From contig CAXHJY010001092.1 of assembly GCA_964016885.1 (NCBI GenBank), positions 1 through 64,000 of the forward strand: a stretch of DNA of 64,000 bases, read 5' to 3'. This DNA comes from Eledone cirrhosa. Lineage: Eukaryota. Under the pieces are notes generated by a model that made no database searches, was not told the origin of the DNA, and was given only the letters and a program-made list of their open reading frames with translations. Both the position numbers and the translations under genes were made by a program. Of the stretch, positions 1 through 15,711 are shown one piece after another. Numbering within the stretch: position 1 is the first letter of the stretch; each line of letters begins with the position of its first letter.

Positions 1-171
1 CGAAAATACAAGACCCAGGAAAAGATTTTATAATGACCCGGATATAGCGGTGAGATATATATGTATAGGTTGGGATATCAGAAAAAACAGACAAACGCAG
101 GAAAATATATGTATATATATATGGCGGTGCCCCAGCATGGCCTCAGCCGGATGGCTGAAACAGGTAAAAGA

Positions 172-282
<111 letters not shown>

Positions 283-869
283 TGGTTGCCAATTCGTTTT
301 CGAGTACGACCACTACTTTATATCCATGTAGGAAAACCCCTACCGATGCGTTGAACAAGTGTGACTTTTTAGTCCAGCCAGCGACTTGAAAACTCTGGTA
401 CAAACACTACACTTGCGACAATTATTGACACATAGTGCTGGGCCCATGGTACCATGTGACGGCAAGTGCAGAGAGATCTCCAGATATAAAGCAATGCCTG
501 TGCCGTGAAGGTTTTATAGTGAGCAAAGGCACTGCACAAAGCCAGTCCCACTCTCTTAACCAAGATGATATTTACCAAAAAGAAGAACAAGTCAACATCA
601 TTGGATACCATCAGGGTTGCAGGTGTTATATCAGAGTTTTCCTTCTCCTAGAATTCTGCCTTGACAAAGGCTAAGGGGTCATCTCCCCCGGTGATTTTGG
701 ATGGCCATTGACTCTTAAGAGCTCCTTTGCCCTTTGCCCTATACGTACATACATACATATATATATATATATGTGTGTTGTATTGAAGCGAATAACTATG
801 TGCATACTCTGGGAATGTATCTTACATTGCCCATGGAGTACGCTGAGATACAACCGGTCCTGGCATTGA

Positions 870-3127
<2,258 letters not shown>

Positions 3128-3133
<6 letters not shown>

Positions 3134-3704
3134 TGCCCCCTCGTTATGGCCATTGCACGATATACCATTATTAATAATTATTAATTAATTCTATCATGCA
3201 ATGCCGGTGCGTGAAGATATTTTTTAAAGTGAGGAAAGACTGTGCACTGAGCCAATCCCACTCTCTGAGCGACAGTTGCTATAACCCGAAAAGAAGAAGA
3301 GATCAACATCATCGGTAACCACTGAGCCGCAGGTTTTATATCGGAGTTATCCCAGTTTCCTGAGTTGCCTTCTCCTAGAAGAATGCCCTGAAAAAAAGCT
3401 AGGGGTCCTTGACTCCCAGTGGTTTAACCGCGCGATCGGGTGTCCAGCCCGACTATTTCTATGTCCCTGCGCATATACATACACATGCATATACATATAT
3501 ACATATACATACATATGTACATGTGTATATACATATTTACACATTTTTGGATGGCCGTTGACTCTTATGAGTTCTTCCGCCCTTTGTCAGGTTTCGTTTT
3601 TGTGTCCTGCAGGGTGTCCACAATCACCCTCCTCACCAAGTAACCGTGGTGGGGTTGCCTGTTTAGTCGCCGACGACCCGACCATGCGACAGGTTGTACT
3701 GGGT

Positions 3705-3710
<6 letters not shown>
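3128..3710 (+). repeat. Unclassified dispersed repeat inserted in (TA)n
   Basis: Homologous blocks at ~480-735, 4385-4600 (-) and 59330-59725 share CCAATCCCACTCTC…TCAACATCAT and TCACCCTCCTCACCAAG…GACAGGTTGTACTGGGT. Confidence 0.7.
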
Positions 3711-3746
<36 letters not shown>

Positions 3747-3863
3747 AAAGTTTTATTTAAAATTGTTGGGTTACAACGAGTAAATATTTTATAACTGATA
3801 TAAAAGCACTCAACAACGAAATAAATATGGTTTTATAAATATAGTTTCCATTTGTTTAATATC

Positions 3864-3905
<42 letters not shown>

Positions 3906-5107
3906 AATGGCGTGCTGCGTGGTTGCACATGGGTTACATATGAATAAAATTAGTCCTTCATCAGTGATTTTCCAACCTTCATTGGTATTTCTTCGCTTTA
4001 AAGATCTTTAAAGCGAAGAAATACCAATAAAGGTTGGAAGATCACTGATGAAGGACTAATTTTATTTATATATATATATATACGTATACACAATCGTATA
4101 TGGGATATCTAACTGTCTAGCCTCACATCTGGTTCTACTTGAAATAAATATTTTGATGTTTAAGTGTTTATGTTTATCTAAAAATATTCCATTGTAATTT
4201 TATTTAAGAGCCTTTCTTAAGTTATTTCCCGAACCCTGCCTTAATAATCAGAAAGTTAGATTACTAAACTCCCCTCCACCACAAATTCTTGATTATTTCT
4301 AAAAGGGTTTGAAAATTATAGGAAGTGTGTTTCGTTAGTAATATGGTATGTATGTATGTATGTATATATGTATGTGTGTATGTACGGGCGGAAGAACTCA
4401 TAAGAGTCAACAGCCATCCCAAAGTGTGTAAATATGTATATACACATGTACCACGCGCTTAAACCACTGGGGGTGAAGGACCCCAGCCTTTGTCAGGGCA
4501 TTCTTCTAGGAGAAGGCAACTCAGGAAACTGGGAGAACTCCGATATAAAACCTGCGTTTCAGTAGTTACCGATGATGTTGATCTCTTCTTCTTTTCGGGA
4601 TTTGAACTCAGAATATGAAGAGACAAAATAAACACAACACAGTGGCATTCGATAAAATAAAGTACCAGTCACACAGTAGGGTCGATTTAATTGACTTTCC
4701 CCTCCTCCAAAATTGCTGGCCTTGTGCCTATATAAGAAACCCTTTTATTCGACGCTCTACCAATTCTGCCAGTCTACCAGCCTCTTTGACCTCGAAAGGA
4801 TGAAAAACAAAGTTGACCCTCGACGGGATTTGAACTCAGAATATAAAGAGACAAAATAAACACAACACAGTGGCATTTTATTCAGCGCTCTACCGATTCT
4901 GCCAATCTATACAATCACTCAATCCACACAAACTGCCAACCTCTTTGACCCCGAAAGGATGAAAGGTAAAGTTGACCTTGGTGGGATTTGAACTCAGGAG
5001 GTAAAAGACCCAAACCAAAACACCACAGTGACATGATAGTCGACGCTCTACCGATTCTGCCAGTCTACCACCCTCTTTGATCTCGAAAGGAGTCAAGGCC
5101 TTGGTGA

Positions 5108-5840
5108 GATTTGAACTCGGCAGGATTTGAACTCGGCAGGATTTGACCTCGGCAGGATTTGACCTCGGCAGGATTTGAACTCGGCAGGATTTGACCTCGG
5201 CAGGATTTGAACTCGGCAGGATTTGACCTCGGCAGGATTTGACCTCGGCAGGATTTGAACTCGGCAGGATTTGACCTCGGCAGGATTTGACCTCGGCAGG
5301 ATTTGAACTCGGCAGGATTTGACCTCGGCAGGATTTGAACTCGGCAGGATTTGACCTCGGCAGGATTTGAACTCGGCAGGATTTGAACTCGGCAGGATTT
5401 GACCTCGGCAGGATTTGACCTCGGCAGGATTTGAACTCGGCAGGATTTGACCTCGGCAGGATTTGAACTCGGCAGGATTTGACCTCGGCTGGATTTGACC
5501 TCGGCAGGATTTGACCTCGGCAGGATTTGACCTCGGCAGGATTTGAACTCGGCAGGATTTGACCTCGGCAGGATTTGACCTCGGCAGGATTTGACCTCGG
5601 CAGGATTTGACCTCGGCAGGATTTGAACTCGGCAGGATTTGACCTCGGCAGGATTTGACCTCGGCAGGATTTGACCTCGGCAGGATTTGAACTCGGCAGG
5701 ATTTGACCTCGGCAGGATTTGAACTCGGCAGGATTTGAACTCGGCACGATTTGACCTCGGCAGGATTTGACCTCGGCAGGATTTGACCTCGGCAGGATTT
5801 GACCTCGGCAGGATTTGACCTCGGCAGGATTTGAACTCGG
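5108..5840. repeat. 16-bp minisatellite GGATTTGA(A/C)CTCGGCA, ~45 copies, SINE-derived
   Basis: Direct reading. The unit equals the SINE segment GACCTCGGCRGGATTTGAACTC. Confidence 0.95.
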
Positions 5841-6509
5841 AGCTCAGATAACCGGAAGGAACACCACAGAACATTCTATCCTATGATCTAACGACTAACT
5901 TGCAGCCTCGTGTTGTTTGTTTTGTTTCTTTTCTTTTCCTTCTTCTGTATTAATCGATCGACGATCATCCATCAATAAGCTGGTTCTCGTGTCAACAGCT
6001 GTCGTGGTCTTTAATTACAATATTTCCTTCCGTTTGACCACTTTACAAATTACCTCTGTTGAAATGAAAGGTTCCGGGGTCGCATCTCACAGCACCTACC
6101 ACAGCGACTCATCGCTCTTCTTTTCTCATTGTTATTATTATTATTATTGTTGTTGTTGTTTGTTTGTTTGTTTGTTTGTTTGTTTGTTTGTTTGTTTGTT
6201 TGTTTGTTTGTTTGTTTGTTTGTTTGTTTGTTTGTTTGTTTGTTTGTTTGTTTGTTTGTTTGTTTGTTTGTTTGTTTGCTTGATTGTTTGTATTTATATC
6301 GTTCATATTACGCACGTGTGTAGGAAATCCTATGTATCTATGTGTGTTTGAATACATATATATATATATATATTATATATATATATACTGTATATATATA
6401 TACTGTATATATATATACTGTATATATATATATTTAATATTTAAACATGTAAGCATGTAAACATGCCAGAAAATTTTCCTGTGAATTGAAAAAGTGATAA
6501 ACACCTTTA

Positions 6510-6580
<71 letters not shown>

Positions 6581-6854
6581 CAGGGAGTGTAATGTGGAGT
6601 TACTGTAGGTTCACCCAGGTGAGCACTCGATGTTTAGGTTCATGTCAGTATTGAGGTGTAGAGCTAGACAGAGTGGAATATAATGATACGTAAGGACGAA
6701 TGGTTACTCCTTCATTACGTTTATTGGTTGGTGACCCGCGTTTCGCTATTGATCAGCTCAAGGTTCGATCTGTATCGATCTAGCCCGACTCTGGAATCAA
6801 AAGCTCGTGGGACCTCTACTGTTGTAATGACAAAATGAACATTACAACAGCAGA

Positions 6855-6939
6855 GGTCTGATGAGCTTTTGATTCCAGAGTCGGGCTAGATTGATACAGA
6901 TCGAACCTTGAGCTGATCAATAGCGAAACGCGCGTCACA
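6855..6939 (+). ncRNA. Minimal type I hammerhead ribozyme motif (long stem II)
   Basis: GGT-CTGATGA-GCTTTTGATT..GATCAATAGC-GAAA-CGCGCG-TC-AC. A degraded inverted copy lies at about 6730-6815. Confidence 0.75.
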
Positions 6940-7153
6940 AATCAATAAAAGTAATGAACGCTTAACAAATCGTTCTTGTATTATTATTATTATTGTTGTC
7001 GGACGCCATGCTCTCCAGCATAGTTACGTCCCTTTACGATCTGAGTTCAAATCCCGCCGAGGTTGACTTTGCCTTTCATCCTTACGGGGTCGATAAAATA
7101 AAGTACCAGTAATGCACTGGGTAATTGCTGGCCTTGTGCCTAAAGTAGAAACA

Positions 7154-7187
<34 letters not shown>

Positions 7188-7443
7188 CGAAGGAAGTCTG
7201 GTAAGGAACAATGAACCAGGTGGACCATAACGCACCAGAGTACTCGATACTTAGGGTAGTAGAGTGGGTGATAGGAAAAGAGTCGTGACCCCGACGGCTG
7301 AACTTATCAAGGGGTACAGTCCTATATGAACTGTACCTCTTGATAAGTTCAGCTAGATTACTACCGTCCTAACACTACTAGGTTAGTTCAGATCTTGCTG
7401 CCGAAACGACCGGAGCTCAGCAATCGGTGTTCTGACTCTTTTC

Positions 7444-7474
<31 letters not shown>

Positions 7475-7531
7475 TAAAAAAATAATGAATAAAACAATGA
7501 AACAGTTCCTTATATTAAACAAAAAAAGTTC

Positions 7532-7668
7532 ATTATTTAACGATCGTTTCTAGGACATATATGTGTTAGAATTGGCATGCATATTCAACAGATCTATGTA
7601 CAAAATTATACAAACTATCAAATATAATATACATACCAACACATACATATGCCGTCTTCAGAAATAAT
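7532..7668 (-). ncRNA. Hammerhead motif with ~100-nt stem II
   Basis: On -: ATTATTT-CTGAAGA-CGGCATAT...ATATGTCCTA-GAAA-CGATCG-TT-AAATAAT. Stem I is perfect and stem III palindromic. Confidence 0.7.
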
Positions 7669-8286
7669 CAATTTTAATTTTAATTTTTTTTTATATTTTA
7701 TCTTGACTCTGTATTCCGTTTATCTTTCACCGAAAGTGATTTTTGAATGCATCTCTTCTTTCCATGATATCCGGATTACATTGAGTTCTTCATACGGATT
7801 GGACACTACCGTAAACTCTTGGTAGATTTATCTACATATATATATATATATATATAAACGTTTGAATATGTGTAATAAGGCCAAGACAATGCAGGTATGG
7901 ACATAGAAAAAAGGAATGCAATAGTGAAAGATATTGATGAGAATTCGTCTTTCACCTTGAATTTATTTAAATGTCCTTAATTTTCGAGATAATATCTCTT
8001 CTTCGGAGGGAAGTAAAGGTCTCAAACCAGCTAGTCAGCATGGCTTGACTAGAGATTTAAAGACGCTGGTTTGAGACCTTTACTTCCCTCCGAAGAAGAG
8101 ATATTATCTCGAAAATTAAGGACATTTAAATAAATTCAAGGTGAAAGACGAATTCTCATCAATATCTTTCACTATTGCATTCCTTTTTTCTATGTCCATA
8201 CCTGCATTGTCTTGGCCTTATTACACATATTCAAACGTTTATACCTCATTACACAATGCTTCAAGTGAACTATAACCTCCTCCTTT

Positions 8287-8323
<37 letters not shown>

Positions 8324-8744
8324 CGAAGGAAATGTGGTAAGGAACCAGGTGGACCATAACGCACCAAAGTACTCAATACTTGGGGTAGTAGAGTGGGTAA
8401 TAGGAACCAGTAAGACCCCGACGGCTGAGCTCTAGCCGTTTCGACCTCTTAGCGGAAAAGTCTGGATACGGCGTGGTAGGGTCGGAAAGTGCTCTACTAC
8501 GGGAGTAGGAGCTAGATAACGAAGGAAATGTGGTAAGGAACCAGGTGGACCATAGGTCGAAACGGCTTGAGCTCAGCCGTCGGGGTCTTACTGGTTCCTA
8601 TATATATATATATATAACCAAATGTTAAACAAGGTTCATTGATTATTCAATGAATATAGTTTTACAATAGATTAAAAGCACTCTTGACTGCCAAGACTGG
8701 AATTGAGCCATCAGCACAGTTGAGGTATGTCATACATCAATTTA

Positions 8745-8814
8745 TGTATTTTATCTGATGAGGACGTACTGAAAAAACAGCACAGTACATCCGAAATATA
8801 TATAATAAAACATA
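8745..8814 (+). ncRNA. Minimal type I hammerhead ribozyme
   Basis: TTTTAT-CTGATGA-GGACGTACTG..CAGTACATCC-GAAA-TATATA-TA-ATAAAA. Confidence 0.85.
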
Positions 8815-8920
8815 TATTTTGATTATATGAATGTATCCATTTATTAATATTTTGAATAATATATACATATATATAAACAATATATTCACAAATGGAAATT
8901 ATATTTGTAAAACCATATTT

Positions 8921-8986
8921 ATTTTATTTTACATATTTCAAGGGCCACCAAGGCAAATTATGGTGCGCTTTCATCAGATAAAATAC
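8921..8986 (-). ncRNA. Hammerhead motif, family A (cleavage-site variant)
   Basis: On -: TATTTTAT-CTGATGA-AAGCGCACCA..TGGTGGCCCTT-GAAA-TATGTA-AA-ATAAAATA. U16.1 appears mutated. Confidence 0.65.
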
Positions 8987-9468
8987 AATACAGATTAGTT
9001 TTATAAATAAATATTGACATACCCTGAAAAAAGGCAACCTTAACGGTTGGAGCTTCCCGTCCAGCAACACGCGGCAGAGAGTTGTCTGGAATGTATTTGC
9101 CTGATGAACCATAGGCGATTCCATTTCAGTCAACAATTTCTTGGCGAAACAGATCTCTTTGGATTTGTACGCGTGTGTTATATGGTTATAGAGGTGCGAA
9201 TAGACATTTTAATTTATATTTTTAATTATTGTGTGTCTACCCCGCCTTCCATAGGTTAAAGAGTCCATACACTGGTGGCTCCCCTGTTTTATTGATCGCA
9301 CACACACACAGTCTCTCTCTCTCTCACTCTCTCTCTCTCTCTCTCTCTCTCGTGTGTTACCCTTTCAACATATTGTATTTTAATGAGCTCAGGATTCCTT
9401 TTCCTTTGAGCACATAATTTACAGGGAATAACGAGGGTCTATGGCTCCGTTAATTTATCGTGATATAT

Positions 9469-9533
<65 letters not shown>

Positions 9534-9560
9534 ATCAAAAGATGGTTAAATGAGTTCCAT

Positions 9561-9632
9561 GTATTTTATTATGCGCATTTCAAAAACAAATATCATCATG
9601 CAATAACATTTGTGTTTTCATCAGATAAAATA
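9561..9632 (-). ncRNA. Minimal type I hammerhead ribozyme
   Basis: On -: TATTTTAT-CTGATGA-AAACACAAATGTTATT..GATGATATTTGTTTTT-GAAA-TGCGCA-TA-ATAAAATA. Confidence 0.85.
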
Positions 9633-9684
9633 GGAGGACATGATATGAAGGTTAAAAACACTTGTGGATAGTGCAGTTTTAAAT

Positions 9685-9962
<278 letters not shown>

Positions 9963-10035
9963 GTATATATATGTATATATATGTATATATATGTATATAT
10001 ATATATGTATATATATATACATATATATATATATG

Positions 10036-10079
<44 letters not shown>

Positions 10080-10097
10080 CATATATATATATATATG

Positions 10098-10159
<62 letters not shown>

Positions 10160-10634
10160 TCAAATCCCTCCAAGGTCAGTTTTGCTCTTTGCCTTTTATC
10201 CTTTTGCGATCGATAAAATTAAGTACCAGTAATGTACTAGAGTCGATTTGATCGATTTTTGCCATCCTTTGCTGGTCTTGTGCCTAAATTAGAAATCACT
10301 ATCGGACATGCTACATGTCTGTGGTGGGGTGGCGTTCCGTCGGTGGATACGATGTCAAAGGTAATAGGAGAAGGGGGTTGAGGGGGTGCTGATGATGGGT
10401 GGAATGAAGGAAGGGGGGGGTGAGAAGGATGGAAGAAGAGGGTAGGAGATGGAAGAGCAGAAGGGTGGATGGGGTGAAGGGAGGGGAAAGGAGGGGAGAG
10501 TGCGGGTGGATGAGGTAGGTAGGGGCTGAGGGGGAGGGTAAGGTACCTTCCATTCTAATCTGACTTTCTACATGGTCAGTTCAACTATAAGAGATCTCAA
10601 CCAAAACAAAACAAAGCCACCACCACCAAACATA

Positions 10635-10698
<64 letters not shown>

Positions 10699-10708
10699 TA
10701 TGTTTGGT

Positions 10709-10763
<55 letters not shown>

Positions 10764-10821
10764 GTGTATATATACATATATATTCATATACACACATATA
10801 TAAATATATATACATACATAC

Positions 10822-10870
<49 letters not shown>

Positions 10871-11083
10871 CATACATATATACATACATATATATACATA
10901 TATATATACATATATATATATACATACATATATATATACATATACATATATATACATATATATATATATACATACATATATATATATACATACATATATA
11001 TATATATACATACATATATATATACATACATATATATATACATACATATATATATATATATACATACATATATATATACATAC

Positions 11084-11132
<49 letters not shown>

Positions 11133-11144
11133 CATATATATATA

Positions 11145-11401
<257 letters not shown>

Positions 11402-11562
11402 CCTTTAACAAGAGTATGTTCCCTTGAAGTAAGATGAGACTAGAGATATTTCCCAGAACAATAAAGGGAGACACTTTCTCTCTTATGATTCCATATGAAA
11501 TACTTTCCTCGTCTCTCCTTTTATCTATATTTTCTCCACCTACCTCTCTCTCCCTCTCTCTC

Positions 11563-11610
<48 letters not shown>

Positions 11611-11710
11611 TCTCTCTCTCTCTCTCCTTCTGCCTGCCTTTTCCTCTCTCATTCACTGGCTCTCTCATTCTCTCTCATTCTCTGGTTCTGTTTCTTTTTC
11701 CCTCTTTCAT

Positions 11711-11759
<49 letters not shown>

Positions 11760-11879
11760 GGATTGTACCCTATTGTTTTTTCTCTCTCTCTCCCTCTCTC
11801 ATACTCTCTCTCTCTCCTCTCCCACCCAAACGCCCGTTTATATATCTCCCTATAGTTCCTTTTTCGTACCACCATCTAC

Positions 11880-13460
11880 TCCACCATTATTATCACCACC
11901 ACCACCATCATCCACACACACACACACCTCCTCACACACCTACACACACACACACACTCACCTCCACACTACCACACACCACCACACTACCACACACCTC
12001 CACACTACTACACACCTCCACACTACCACATACCATCACCACACCACCACCACACCACTACACACCACCACACACCACCACACACCACCACACACCACCA
12101 CACACCACCACACACCACCACACACCACCACAGACAGTCCACAGTAGTCCCACCACCAGTTTATCCGCCTCTTGTAAGGAGTGACATGTCTGGTGTGTTG
12201 ACCACCACACAGCTCCACACACCACCACCACCACCACCACCACCACAGTAGCCCCACACACCACCACGCACCACCACCACACACCACCACCACACCACCA
12301 CACACCACCACCACACAGCACCACCATCACCACCACCACCACCACAGTAGCCCCACACACCACCACGCACCACCACCACCACACACCACCACCACCACCA
12401 CCACACAGCACCACCATCACCACCACCACCACCACAGTAGCCCCACACACCACCACGCACCACCACCACACACCACCACACACCACTACCACACAGCACC
12501 ACCACCCACCATAACCACCACCACCACCACCACAGTAGCCCCACACACCACCACGCACCACCACCACCACACACCACCACCACCACCACCACACAGCACC
12601 ACCATCACCACCACCACCACCACAGTAGCCCCACACACCACCACGCACCACCACCACACACCACTACCACACAGCACCACCACCCACCATAACCACCACC
12701 ACCACCACCACAGTAGCCCCACGCACCACCACGCACCACCACCACCACACCACCACACACCACCACCACACAGCACCACCACCACCACCACCACCACCAC
12801 AGTAGCCCCACACACCACCACGCACCACCACCACACAGCACCACCACCCACCATAACCACCACCACCACCACCACAGTAGCCCCACGCACCACCACGCAC
12901 CACGCACCACCACACCACCACACACCACTACCACACAGCACCACCACCCACCATAACCACCACCACCACCACCACAGTAGCCCCACACACCACCACGCAC
13001 CACCACCACACACCACCACACACCACCACCACACAGCACCACCATCACCACCACCACCACCACCACCACCACAGTAGCCCCACGCACCACCACGCACCAC
13101 CACCACCACACCACCACACACCACCACCACACAGCACCACCATCACCACCACCACCACCACCACCACCACAGTAGCCCCACGCACCACCACGCACCACCA
13201 TCACCACCACCACCACAGTAGCCCCACACACCACCACGCACCACCACCACACACCACCACACACCACTACCACACAGCACCACCACCCACCATAACCACC
13301 ACCACCACCACCACGCACCACCACCACGCACCACCACACCACCACACAGCACCACCATCACCACCACCACCACCACCACAGTAGCCCCACACACCACCAC
13401 GCACCACCACCACCACACACCACCACCACCACCACACCACCACACCACCACCACCACACA
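11880..13460. repeat. (CAC)n-based compound minisatellite with CACAGTAGCCCCAC units
   Basis: Direct reading. Confidence 0.95.
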
Positions 13461-13611
13461 CCAGTTTATCCGCCATCTTGTAAAGAAGTGTCATGTCTGC
13501 TGTGTTGATGACTAAGAGAAAATACTGAGATGTGACAACAGACAGCCTCCTTCACTCAGGCGTATCACTGCTGCTAATTTACATGTGCAGCCAACTCTAA
13601 TACAAACACAT

Positions 13612-13679
<68 letters not shown>

Positions 13680-13858
13680 CCTGTGCTCTCTCTTTCGCTT
13701 TCTTTCTCCCTCTTTCTCTCTCTTTCGCCCTCTCTCTCCCTCAGTCAATCTCTCTCTATCTATCTATCTATTTATATATCAGTCAATCTCTCTCTATCTA
13801 TCTATTTATATATCTACCTATCTCTCTCTTTTGCCCTCTCTCAGTCAGTGTGTGTCTT

Positions 13859-13893
<35 letters not shown>

Positions 13894-14766
13894 TTGAGTG
13901 TCTGTGTGTATGTGTGCCTGTGTATCTGTATGTGTGTCAGTGTGTGTTGGATCGCCGTCGATTTCAACGATGAGTATTCAAGTTGTGCTTACACCGGAAC
14001 CACCTCACCTGCCCACCAAATTAACCTGCAAGCGGCTGAGCTTTGCACAGACACGTGTAGTCTCAACGCTTTACTTACGGTTGTAAGCCTTGACACGAGC
14101 CTGTCGCCAGGCCACGTATCTGCTCTTCGTTTCTGTAGCAATCTATAATAAACTAAAGAGTGCGGGACTGCATCCAGAATATATATTTTTTATCCCATTT
14201 GTAAAACAAGTTGAATTACTTTGAATAAATAATTGTTTCTACTTTTGGCACAAGGCCAGCAATTACCCAGTGTATTACTTGTACTTTATTTTATCGACCA
14301 TGTAAGGATGAAAGGCAGAGTTAACGTCGGCGGGATTTGAACTCAGAATGGCAAGGGCCGTAACTCTATGCGTCAAAGCATGGCGTCCGACCCTCTATCG
14401 ATACTGCCAATCCACCGACTTTGAATAAATAATGAATGAATATTACATAATTTATCTACTAAATTTCGTGGCTGTTCATTAAATATATTTTATTACTTAT
14501 TTAAAGATTCACTTCTTTAAAATTTTCAAAAGTCAACACTTCCGGTTAGCGATCGCTTAAATAAACATTCATATATTTTGTATGCCTGTTTTCTGTTTGG
14601 TGTGTGTTCTTGTGTTCGTGTCTGAGTCTGTGTGTGTTTGTATTCTATCTTAGGTCACTAGTGTGTGTTTATCTGAGGATGTTGTTATTGTAGCTGTGTA
14701 TATTTATATTTATCTTAAATCACTATAGAGTGATTATGTGTAGTTGTTGTTGTTGTTGTTGTTATT

Positions 14767-15280
14767 CTATTCATGTTTTCTGTTCAACTTCGGTTTTCTT
14801 AGTTCTATTTCAGTTGCTTCCTTAATGTGTCTATTTGTTGAGTCATTTCTATGTTTAGATATTATTTGAATTTCAATATTGTCTATATTACTATCATGTC
14901 TGAGTCTGGCGTGTTCATATAGTACCGAACCGTCTTTTTGTCTTTTTAGTTCCCCAGTGTTGGTCTATTCTCTCCTCCATGCTATGGGCTGTCTCACCCA
15001 TGTATGTCGTTGTCATATTTCTGCCGGCACCTTCTGTACATCTTATGCTATAGACTACATCTCTAGTTTTACAGTTTATTTGTGGATTTAGTCTGCATAT
15101 TACACATTTCTTATCAGTACAGTGGGTTTTCTTAAAGGGGTAAGTTTTACTGATCAGGGATTTTATGGTAGTTCCTGGCTTTTCTATCACTTTAATCTTT
15201 AAATGGGTCTTTTTAGGGCCTTTCTAAATTGGTTAGCTAGTTCACCTCCAGGCGTTGCATCCACGAACATGGCATTTCTC
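14767..15280 (-). mobile_element. Penelope-like element fragment (linker plus GIY-YIG endonuclease), frameshifted
   Basis: FVDATPGGELA…C-x4-C-x2-C…CKTRDVVYSIRC…YMGETAHSMEERIDQH…KEATEIELRKPKLNRKHE*. Confidence 0.85.
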
Positions 15281-15282
15281 AT

Positions 15283-15322
15283 TCTATCTTCTGATGAAAG
15301 ACAAATGTCCGAAACGTAACAA
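15283..15322 (+). ncRNA. PLE-type hammerhead-like motif
   Basis: CTGATGA-AAGAC-AAAT-GTCC-GAAACGTAAC. Same flank (ATTTCTCATTCTAT..) as the copy at 24500; stem I is unclear. Confidence 0.55.
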
Positions 15323-15529
15323 TTATCAAGCTTTGTTAAAATTTGTTTACCCTTTGCACACACACACACACATGCGCACACACATGGTGATGGTGGTGGT
15401 GGTGGTGGTGGTGGAAGTGGTGGTGGTGTTGATGATGATGGTGGTGGTGGTGGTGGTGGTGGTAAATGCTGCCTGACACGAGTGACAATTTGTCAATTAA
15501 GCAATTTCTTTAAAGATTGGAGGAGGACA

Positions 15530-15530
15530 T

Positions 15531-15584
<54 letters not shown>

Positions 15585-15676
15585 CACTACTGCTACTGCT
15601 GTTGCTAATACTACTGCTGCTGCTGTTGCTACTACTACTACTACTACTACCACTACTACTACTACAACTACTATTG

Positions 15677-15711
<35 letters not shown>

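Noticed and set aside
4890-5874. Repeat-protein ORFs or a CRISPR-like array
   Set aside because: A pure 16-bp tandem repeat with no unique spacers and no cas genes, in a eukaryotic SINE context.
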